From Parcubacteria group bacterium (GTDB lineage: Bacteria > Patescibacteriota > Minisyncoccia > Phycocordibacterales > DATDWN01), in assembly GCA_038327915.1 (NCBI GenBank), contig JBBQLO010000001.1, positions 20,407 to 84,406 of the forward strand: DNA of 64,000 bases, given 5' to 3'. Shown piece by piece: positions 57,044 to 64,000 of this stretch. Positions within the stretch are counted from its first letter, which is position 1. Every line of letters starts with the position of its first letter. Below the pieces are notes generated by a model. That model was not told the origin of the DNA. It saw nothing but the letters and a program-made list of their open reading frames with translations, and ran no database searches. The position numbers and the translations under genes were made by a program.

Positions 57044-58450
57044 ATGTTTTTTTTATTTTCCAGAAAATACAAACCTATTAAGGATTCAACAGTGGTTTTT
57101 TCTATACTCGTGTACGTGCTTCAATTCGCTTTGTGGGGATTCCCTTCTGTCAGTCTTGCCCTGACTCCGGCTGAACAAAAAGTAGAGTGGGAAGCAGAGC
57201 TTTCTCAAACCGAAGCTGATATTACTAAATGGCAGTCCATTCTCGACCACAGCAAAGCTGGTACTGCATCTCTACAACACGATGCGTCCGTCCTCAATGC
57301 AAAAATCCAACAAGCAAAGCTTTTTATTAAACGTAAAAACATTGCAATTGCCCAGCTTGCGTCAGATATTGCGGACAAAAACACTCATATTACTCAGCTG
57401 GAAAACAGAATACGTACAGGGCATGATTCTCTCGCACAGCTTTTGCGTAAGACCAATGAGATTGACCAGTATAGTTTGCCCGAAGTGGTTCTGGGTGAAC
57501 AAAATTTATCTGATTTTTTTGGAGATATTGAATCGTTTCAATCCGTGAACAAGTCACTCTCTAGTCTTTTCGTAAAGATTAGAGAAACAAAAGATTTGAC
57601 CGTAAAAGAGAAAGTGGCACTTGATGCCCAAAAGACAAAAGAGGCAGACACTCGTGCGGCAGCAGTTGTACAGCAACAGCAAGTCCAAGCTAATGAAAAA
57701 CAAAAAGAATATCTCATTCAGGTAAATAAAACACAAGAGAAGACGTATTCTCAAGTACTGTCTGACCAAAAAGCCAAAGCAGCTAAAATCCGCGCAGCTC
57801 TTTTTGCACTTGCCGGAGGTTCTGCCGCGATTCCTTTTGGGGATGCTTTCAAGTTTGCACAAGAGGCTTCAGTTAAGACAGGTGTCCGTCCGGCATTTCT
57901 TCTCGCTATTTTGACGCAGGAATCTAACCTCGGAAGTAACGTGGGAACGTGCAATAAGCCAGGAGGCCCCAGTTCAAAAGACTGGCACCATATTATGCCA
58001 GGACCGGATCAAATATCCGCGGGACTTTCAAGACGTGACGATCAGTCAGCTTTTGTTCGCATCACTTCTGCTCTTGGACTTAATCCTGATATACAAAGAC
58101 TTTCATGCCCAATGGGTGGAGGTGGGTGGGGAGGAGCTATGGGGCCATCACAATTTATTCCAACTACATGGGAAAATTATCAGAGTAAAATAGCTCGTGC
58201 TGTCGGTAAGTCGGTCGTTAATCCGTGGAATGCCGAGGATGCTTTTATGGCTTCCGCCATCTATCTTTCAGAACTTGGAGCGGGGGGTGGAAATGGAGGG
58301 GGAGGAGGATATACAGCAGAACATACAGCAGCCCTCAAATATTATGCGGGAGGTAACTGGAACAAGCGATCAAATGCATTCTACGGAGATCAAGTCTTAG
58401 CGAAGGCAACATCTATTCAGACAACCATGATTGACCCTCTTAATCTCTAA
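57044..58450 (+). CDS. coiled-coil protein with C-terminal MltB-like (family 3) lytic transglycosylase domain
   Basis: Signal anchor followed by a long heptad-rich region. 'AILTQESNLGSN' and 'GGAMGPSQFIPTTWENY' resemble the Slt35/MltB motifs (ES...G...QFMPxT). Confidence 0.55.
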   Translation: MFFLFSRKYKPIKDSTVVFSILVYVLQFALWGFPSVSLALTPAEQKVEWEAELSQTEADITKWQSILDHSKAGTASLQHDASVLNAKIQQAKLFIKRKNIAIAQLASDIADKNTHITQLENRIRTGHDSLAQLLRKTNEIDQYSLPEVVLGEQNLSDFFGDIESFQSVNKSLSSLFVKIRETKDLTVKEKVALDAQKTKEADTRAAAVVQQQQVQANEKQKEYLIQVNKTQEKTYSQVLSDQKAKAAKIRAALFALAGGSAAIPFGDAFKFAQEASVKTGVRPAFLLAILTQESNLGSNVGTCNKPGGPSSKDWHHIMPGPDQISAGLSRRDDQSAFVRITSALGLNPDIQRLSCPMGGGGWGGAMGPSQFIPTTWENYQSKIARAVGKSVVNPWNAEDAFMASAIYLSELGAGGGNGGGGGYTAEHTAALKYYAGGNWNKRSNAFYGDQVLAKATSIQTTMIDPLNL

Positions 58451-58478
58451 AATGGTTTAACCTTTTTAGAGATTAAGA
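58438..58478. repeat. 15-bp perfect inverted repeat (tcttaatctctaaaa / ttttagagattaaga) with 11-nt spacer
   Basis: Overlaps the stop codon of the upstream gene. The stem is AT-rich with no T-run after it, so it may be an operator-like site upstream of rpmE. Confidence 0.5.
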
Positions 58479-58541
58479 ATTCACTAATCTTTAGATGCTA
58501 TATTTGCTAAAATATCCCTCTTCTGCTACATTATATACTCA

Positions 58542-58898
58542 ATGAAAAAAGACATACATCCAAAAGACTATCGAAAAGTACTTTTTCTCGACAATAGTAG
58601 TGACTCTCAATTCGTCATTTCTTCTACTGTGGTGACATCAGAAAAAGCAAGACTTAAGGGTAGCGCAGTAGATAGTAAAGAATATCCTGTATATCGCGTA
58701 GAAATTTCTTCTGCTTCTCACCCTTTCTACACTGGTACAGATAAAATCCTTGATGCCGCAGGTCGAGTTGAAAAATTCAAAGCAAAACAAGCAAAGGCAA
58801 AAACTACTGTAAAAAAAGTTTCAAAAGTTGCAAAGACGGAAGAAAAAGAAAAGGAAGAGGTAATGGAAGAAAAAAACGAACAAGAAGAAATCATGTAG
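58542..58898 (+). CDS. rpmE: 50S ribosomal protein L31 (type B-like) with Lys/Glu-rich C-terminal tail
   Basis: '[13 protein letters not shown]...SHPFYTG...GRVEKF'. Confidence 0.85.
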   Translation: MKKDIHPKDYRKVLFLDNSSDSQFVISSTVVTSEKARLKGSAVDSKEYPVYRVEISSASHPFYTGTDKILDAAGRVEKFKAKQAKAKTTVKKVSKVAKTEEKEKEEVMEEKNEQEEIM

Positions 58899-58914
58899 TA
58901 GATAGGACAGAAAG

Positions 58915-58937
58915 GCGGGCAAAAGGCTCGCTTTTTT
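58915..58937 (+). terminator. rho-independent terminator candidate
   Basis: gcgggc-aaaag-gctcgc (with one G-U pair) followed by T6. Confidence 0.4.
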
Positions 58938-58969
58938 GCTATACTTGTTTTAATTTTTTAGATATATAT

Positions 58970-59917
58970 ATGGACATCGAAAAATATACACAAAATCAAA
59001 AGACTTCTTATTTGGCTGAATCCTATAAAAAACTTGATATTCAGGAAAAAGCTACTCAAGAAATGGTGGTTGCCGACCCATCGCTCCTAGAACTCGCGGC
59101 AGGTGAGATTGAATCTTTACATATGCAAAAAGAGGAAATTAGGAAACAAATGGAAAACATTTTAGCTGAGGATGAAAAAGAAGAAGAATCTCCGAATGAA
59201 GTGATACTCGAAGTGCGTGCGGGAGCTGGTGGGGAAGAAGCGTCACTTTTTGCTGAAGAGCTTGCACATATGTATAGCATGTATGCTGAGAAACGAGGGT
59301 GGTCTGTTTCTACCATCAATGAATCACGATCTGCTGTTGGTGGCTATAAAGAAGCAAGTTTTGAAATTCGCGGGAGAGATGTGTATATAGACTTACGTTA
59401 TGAAACAGGTGTACATCGTGTCCAAAGGATTCCTGCGACAGAAAAAATGGGGCGAGTTCACACGTCTACTGCGACGGTAGCAGTGTTGCCTGTACGTAAA
59501 AAAACTTCGGTTGTTATTGTCCCGAGTGACTTAGAAATCGAGACTTCTCGATCTGGCGGGGCGGGGGGACAAAATGTAAATAAAGTGGAAACAGCTGTGC
59601 GAATTGTTCACAAGCCGACAGGTATTGATGTTCGCTCGACAGCACAGAGAAGTCAGCTAAAAAATCGCGAGATGGCGATGTCTATTCTTATTGCTAAACT
59701 TGAAGAAAAAAAGGAGACGGAAGAATCGGCAAAATATTCAGCTGACCGCAAAGGTCAGATAGGCACCGCAGATCGTTCGGAGAAGATACGTACGTACAAT
59801 ATTCTCCAAGACCGCATAACGGACCACCGTATAAAAGAAAGCTGGCACAATATTGAAAAAATAATGGCAGGGGAGATAGAGCCTATTGTAACTGCCATGC
59901 GACTTGCAGACAAGTAA
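58970..59917 (+). CDS. prfA: peptide chain release factor 1
   Basis: GGQ motif '[16 protein letters not shown]' and the PxT tripeptide 'RIPATEK', which indicates RF1 rather than RF2. Confidence 0.85.
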   Translation: MDIEKYTQNQKTSYLAESYKKLDIQEKATQEMVVADPSLLELAAGEIESLHMQKEEIRKQMENILAEDEKEEESPNEVILEVRAGAGGEEASLFAEELAHMYSMYAEKRGWSVSTINESRSAVGGYKEASFEIRGRDVYIDLRYETGVHRVQRIPATEKMGRVHTSTATVAVLPVRKKTSVVIVPSDLEIETSRSGGAGGQNVNKVETAVRIVHKPTGIDVRSTAQRSQLKNREMAMSILIAKLEEKKETEESAKYSADRKGQIGTADRSEKIRTYNILQDRITDHRIKESWHNIEKIMAGEIEPIVTAMRLADK

Positions 59918-59939
59918 TCTTTCTGATAAGCTTATCCGT

Positions 59940-60707
59940 ATGGAAACAACTAGTATGAAAAATGACATAAAGTCTGGGGTAGAAGCACAAGAAGCGGTAC
60001 AGGCTCTTTTTTCTGTTGGAGCACATTTTGGCTTTGTGAAGTCTCGTAGACACCCATCTGTAGAATCTTTTATTTTTGGAGTTAAAAATAAGATTGAGAT
60101 TTTTGATTTGGAAAAAACAAGCGGAGCTTTGGCAAAAGCCCTTGCCTTTATTGAATCACTCGGAGAGAGACATGCTACTATTCTTTTTGTTGGTGGCAAA
60201 GAGGAAGCTAAAGGGTCGGTGACATCTGTGGGAGCGTTAATAAACCAGCCATATGTGGCAGGACGTTTTATTGGCGGTACACTAACCAACTTTTCTGAAA
60301 TTCGTAAACGCGTCGATCGACTAGAGCGACTGACTTCTGAAAGAGAGAAAGGTGAGCTCTTAAAATACACTAAAAAAGAGCGACTTCTTATTGACCGCGA
60401 AATCGCAAAGCTTCATGAATTTTTCTTCGGTATTTCAGTTATGAAGCAACTCCCTCATGCAGTATTTGTTGTCGACGCAAAAAAAGAATCGATTGCAGTC
60501 AAAGAGGCTCAAAAAATGGGTATTCCTCTAGTTGGCCTATGTGGGTCAGATAATAATCTTTATGATGTTGACTACCCGATTCCCGGTAATGATTCATCTC
60601 GGGCCAGTATTGAGTATTTTCTTAAAAAAGCAGCTGAAGCTTATAACGTAGGCTTAAATAAGGCAAAAGCTCCTGCACATGTAGCGACGGATACTGAAAC
60701 AAAATAA
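59940..60707 (+). CDS. rpsB: 30S ribosomal protein S2
   Basis: 'LFSVGAHFGFVKSRRHP...IFGVKNKIEIFDLEKT' and 'VFVVDAKKESIAVKEAQKMGIPLVGL'. Confidence 0.85.
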   Translation: METTSMKNDIKSGVEAQEAVQALFSVGAHFGFVKSRRHPSVESFIFGVKNKIEIFDLEKTSGALAKALAFIESLGERHATILFVGGKEEAKGSVTSVGALINQPYVAGRFIGGTLTNFSEIRKRVDRLERLTSEREKGELLKYTKKERLLIDREIAKLHEFFFGISVMKQLPHAVFVVDAKKESIAVKEAQKMGIPLVGLCGSDNNLYDVDYPIPGNDSSRASIEYFLKKAAEAYNVGLNKAKAPAHVATDTETK

Positions 60708-60770
60708 ATCGGTGGCTAATCGATTCATTCGATTTTATTTTAGCAGTGTCTATAATATAATATATTATCT

Positions 60771-61355
60771 ATGGAAATAACCACTCAAAGCATTAAAGAA
60801 TTAAGAGATAAAACTGGCATATCTGTCATGCAGTGCAAAAAAGCACTTGAAGAAGCAAAGGGTGACATGGAGAAAGCCATAGTGATTCTCCAAAAGAAAA
60901 GTACAGAGGCGGCAATTAAAAAAAATAATCGCACTTTGGGAGCTGGGGTAGTAGAGGCATATGTGCACAGTACACACACAGTAGGTGCTCTCGTGGAGCT
61001 TTTGTGTGAGACTGATTTTGTCGCCAAAAACGATGAATTCAAGGCTCTGGCACGCGATATCGCAATGCATGTTACAGCCACTTCTCCTCAATTTCGAGTG
61101 AGGGGAGACATAGACGAGCAGGCACAAGCACGAGCAACAGAAATGTTTACTAAAGAAGTAGAGGGTAAACCTGAAGAGATAAAAGCCAAAATTCTAGAAG
61201 GTAAACTTTCTGCATATTGGAGCGAACGAGTGCTTCTGGAGCAAGCCTTTATTAAAAATCCTGATATTACTATCACCAATTTGATTGAGTCGGCAATCCA
61301 AAAATTTGGAGAGAAGATAGAGCTTTCGCGCTTTGTTCGCTACACTATTTCTTAA
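60771..61355 (+). CDS. tsf: elongation factor Ts (short form)
   Basis: 'IKELRDKTGISVMQCKKALEEAKGDMEKAI' N-terminal UBA-like domain, immediately downstream of rpsB. Confidence 0.85.
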   Translation: MEITTQSIKELRDKTGISVMQCKKALEEAKGDMEKAIVILQKKSTEAAIKKNNRTLGAGVVEAYVHSTHTVGALVELLCETDFVAKNDEFKALARDIAMHVTATSPQFRVRGDIDEQAQARATEMFTKEVEGKPEEIKAKILEGKLSAYWSERVLLEQAFIKNPDITITNLIESAIQKFGEKIELSRFVRYTIS

Positions 61356-61385
61356 ATTATTTATTGATACTGTATTACATCATTT

Positions 61386-61751
61386 ATGACTATATTATTT
61401 TTTACTACTTCTTTGGTCGTCATCTGTGTCATGTTAGCTTCACGGGTATTTCAGATAAAGGTACGTCAAATACATTTTCTTTCCCACATGTTTGCGCGGG
61501 GAGATAGTGTTATTCAAGGTTGGATAGAAAAAGGTTTTGGTAAATATAATCTGTATCGTAAAATAGCTCGATTATTCATTTTTGATTTTTTACCTTCATA
61601 CTTATACGAACAAGTTGTTAAAATAAAAGACTATATCGCAAAAAAATACTACGGGATGGGCGATGAATTCCGGGGCCGCCGCATCCTTCGGACTACCGGT
61701 TCAGTATCTTTTTTTCTAAAGCGTCTTGCGGAAGATAGGATGAAAAATTAA
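61386..61751 (+). CDS. hypothetical protein
   Basis: 121 aa ORF with an N-terminal hydrophobic segment and no motif. Confidence 0.3.
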   Translation: MTILFFTTSLVVICVMLASRVFQIKVRQIHFLSHMFARGDSVIQGWIEKGFGKYNLYRKIARLFIFDFLPSYLYEQVVKIKDYIAKKYYGMGDEFRGRRILRTTGSVSFFLKRLAEDRMKN

Positions 61752-61827
61752 GCAATTGCTTTATGGTTTTGTATCGAGTATAGTATTTTTGGAAAAAGAA
61801 ATCAGTTTATTTAAAACTTTCAACAGT

Positions 61828-61903
61828 GCCACCCTAGCTCAGTTGGCAGAGCGCCACTTTTGTAAAGTGGATGTCGTCAGTTCGACTCTGACGGGTGGCT
61901 CCA
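61828..61903 (+). tRNA. tRNA-Thr (anticodon UGU), CCA encoded
   Basis: Folded by hand. The 7-bp acceptor stem GCCACCC/GGGTGGC is perfect. D-arm GCTC-AGTTGGCA-GAGC, anticodon stem CCACT/AGTGG with loop TTTGTAA, T-arm GTCAG-TTCGACT-CTGAC, 3' TCCA. Confidence 0.85.
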
Positions 61904-62218
61904 GAATCAGACAAAAAGGTTTTGAAGAAGCAGGAATGTGAGACGCACGGAAGGTTTGCCGTCCCCCCCCGGCCACTGATATGCTCAAGAATTTTTGATA
62001 AAGTATGTTCTAGCAGTGTTATAAAGAGACTCCAAATATGATTTGAGAAAATATTAAAACTATTTAGTTATCAATAATTATTTTTTGTTACTTGATAATT
62101 TTAAGTATATGTAAGTTGCCACATCGCAAGAATGATTCACACAATTACGTGTAGAATATATTCCCAAATCATTAAAAGAGTATCCGGAAAACAAAAATTA
62201 AAATTATTTTGCCTAAAC

Positions 62219-62995
62219 TTAGTGTTGCTTGCTACTTGATGATGTTTTTGTTGTAGAGCTTGCGTTTTGAAAAGCGGCAAGAGCTACGAGTGGTGGTAAA
62301 GAGTTCAGTGCTTCGAGGCTCTGGTAGCCATAATATGCTTTGCCATTAATAAACAGCGCTGGTAAATTATTTTTGACTTTGTTTATTGAAATCAGTGTTT
62401 TAACTGCTGAGAGATCCATGTCGTAGTCAAACGAATAAACTCTGAGAGTGGGATATGTTTGACGGAGGCTTGTGAGAACGTAGCCTTCGCGAGTGCAATC
62501 TGTACAATTGCTTTTATTTGAGTAAAAGTAAATTATTGAGACGGGAGTCTTTTTGCATTCTTTACTGATTTTTTGCATGAGCAAGTAGTCTTTTATCTCA
62601 AGGAGTGAGTAATATTGTTTGAGTACAAGTACCTGCGAGTCAGTGGCACCGCGGTCTTTTTCTGTATATGAAAGTTTGTCTTCTAGGTCGCCAAGTGCTT
62701 GGGATAGTGCATTCGCACCACCAGCGTCAGCACATGAGGATTGCTCAAGGAGAGTAAATTGAGTTTCTGATGAAAGAATATCAATGGAGATTTTATCTTG
62801 GATAGAATGAATCTCGTCTATTTTTTTCTGGTTAAAGTAGTTGGAAAGGTAAATGGCTGTAGCAAAAATAGCAACAGTAATCAGGAAGGCAAATATATAT
62901 TTTTTCCAGTCTATATTTTGGTTTGTATTCATATTTTTTAGCGCCACGACGTTTTGACAGAAAATACAGCATTCCAAATTGCACTTCCAAGCCAT
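62219..62995 (-). CDS. membrane-anchored hypothetical protein
   Basis: A probable start at the internal Met 'MNTNQNIDWKKYIFAFLITVAIF' gives an N-terminal TM helix. Cys-containing extracytoplasmic domain. Overlaps the end of the upstream GT2 gene. Confidence 0.4.
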   Translation of the reverse strand: MAWKCNLECCIFCQNVVALKNMNTNQNIDWKKYIFAFLITVAIFATAIYLSNYFNQKKIDEIHSIQDKISIDILSSETQFTLLEQSSCADAGGANALSQALGDLEDKLSYTEKDRGATDSQVLVLKQYYSLLEIKDYLLMQKISKECKKTPVSIIYFYSNKSNCTDCTREGYVLTSLRQTYPTLRVYSFDYDMDLSAVKTLISINKVKNNLPALFINGKAYYGYQSLEALNSLPPLVALAAFQNASSTTKTSSSSKQH

Positions 62996-64000
62996 AGTGG
63001 AGCTATAAAGGCGTAGAGGGCAAGATAGTACACCAAGTCCATGCCGAGTCGAAACTTGCCCTCAGCCATTCTGCGGGACAAGAAGACAAGAGTCAAGGTA
63101 CCCATAAATGTAATGATACTCGCGATTGCTATAAATTGAGTATTGATATAAAACCAGTCAAAACCAAGATGTGAGAAATGAAAACCCACAGTTTTTATTT
63201 TCACGTACGCATTGATGAGTGAAGTGAGAAAATGAAAAATGGAAAGAGAAAGTACATAGAGTCCTGAGCCAACCGATATGGAAGCCATAGGTAGAACAAA
63301 AATTCCTAGGTTTCCATATTCTTTTCTAAAAAGCATTTCTCGATAATCTACTACATTTTTAATAAATCCGTACGACCATCTTAGCCGTTGTCTGTAGAGT
63401 TTTCTTAGTGTGTCCGGAGTCACTGTATAGACGTGAGCACTATGAGAATTAGCCATTTTATAGTGGTTTTTCTGCATTCGGAGAGCCATTTCCATGTCTT
63501 CTGTTTGGTGGGCATAACGATAGCCGCCGAGTTGTATAAAAACTTCTCGCCTAAAAATAGAAAATGGTCCAGGAGTCACGTACATAGCATCAAGATATGA
63601 AAACATTTTTCGTATAAGAATTCCCCAGCCATATTCTACTTTCTGAATGAGTTGAATGATGCCTTTTGGTTTCCATACTTTGACCGAAGGCGTGACGGCC
63701 ATTATTTCAGGGTCTTCAAAGTAGGGGATTATGTTGAGCAGCGCTTTACTGTCAACGTATGAGTCCGCATCGAGACACCCAACAAATTGACTCGTTATGT
63801 GTGTCAGGCCAAAATTTAAGGCAGAGTGTTTGCCACCATTTTCTTTGTGAAAAACCTGAATTTGGGGGTTGTTTTCAAATGCGCGAGCTTGTGCCAAAGT
63901 TCCATCTGTCGATCCATCATCAATGATAAGTATTCGTAATAAGTCGTGAGGATACTCTAGCTCGAGAAGTGAAGTAATTGTCTTAGCGAGAGTTTTTTCT
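62938..64000 (-). CDS. family 2 glycosyltransferase (processive GT2-like, QxxRW motif), 5' end beyond window
   Basis: 'GCLDADSYVD' (DxD region), 'QRLRWSYG' (QxxRW) and C-terminal TM helices. The reverse complement of 63897-64000 still encodes the GT-A N-terminal region ('DDGSTDGT'), so the gene is partial. Confidence 0.75.
   Translation of the reverse strand, partial: EKTLAKTITSLLELEYPHDLLRILIIDDGSTDGTLAQARAFENNPQIQVFHKENGGKHSALNFGLTHITSQFVGCLDADSYVDSKALLNIIPYFEDPEIMAVTPSVKVWKPKGIIQLIQKVEYGWGILIRKMFSYLDAMYVTPGPFSIFRREVFIQLGGYRYAHQTEDMEMALRMQKNHYKMANSHSAHVYTVTPDTLRKLYRQRLRWSYGFIKNVVDYREMLFRKEYGNLGIFVLPMASISVGSGLYVLSLSIFHFLTSLINAYVKIKTVGFHFSHLGFDWFYINTQFIAIASIITFMGTLTLVFLSRRMAEGKFRLGMDLVYYLALYAFIAPLWLGSAIWNAVFSVKTSWR

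Noticed and set aside
1-64000. Possibility of an alternative genetic code (UGA=Gly as in Gracilibacteria/SR1) or reassigned TAG, explaining the in-frame stops
   Set aside because: TGA terminates the ECF sigma (9734-9736) and MGMT (21727-21729) genes. TAG terminates rpoC and rpmE. TAA terminates most others. Long housekeeping ORFs are intact under the standard code.
1-64000. CRISPR arrays or rRNA genes
   Set aside because: No regularly spaced direct repeats and no rRNA-like conserved segments were seen. The only tRNA recognised is tRNA-Thr at 61828.

Overview
This window reads as a low-GC, compact genome in the style of Patescibacteria/CPR. The indicators are a short rpoB (1087 aa), a short EF-Ts (194 aa), frequent absence of Shine-Dalgarno sequences, many type IV pilin-like genes and DUF11-type surface proteins; the taxonomic assignment is an inference, not a computed result. 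The standard genetic code is in use, because TGA, TAA and TAG all terminate recognisable genes. Housekeeping genes present are rpoB-rpoC followed directly by dnaG-rpoD, then hisS, truB, typA/bipA, rplY, rpmE, prfA (RF1), rpsB, tsf and tRNA-Thr(UGU). Central-metabolism genes are the transketolase C-terminal subunit, a PfkB kinase, a class II aldolase and a 2-hydroxyacid dehydrogenase. The accessory content worth a second look is: (1) a tandem cassette array of four type IV pilin genes, one with an in-frame TAG, interleaved with three paralogous single-TM proteins (MSDVQFDE...) and two paralogous small membrane proteins (MIKFxHKKH...); (2) a three-gene module putatively tied to flavinylation: a membrane-anchored FMN-binding-domain protein, an ApbE flavin transferase and a membrane NOX/FNR-like reductase; (3) a higher-GC, strong-SD three-gene island ending in a ParB/Srx-like protein, divergent from a DEDDy exonuclease; (4) a 32-bp perfect inverted repeat pair flanking a 111-bp core upstream of a DsbA-like gene, which could be a MITE or an inverton; (5) a DnaQ-like exonuclease pseudogene; (6) a membrane-anchored Hsp100 with a dead D1 ATPase; and (7) several helicase/nuclease genes (PIF1-like, UvrD-PDExK). 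No CRISPR array and no rRNA were seen.
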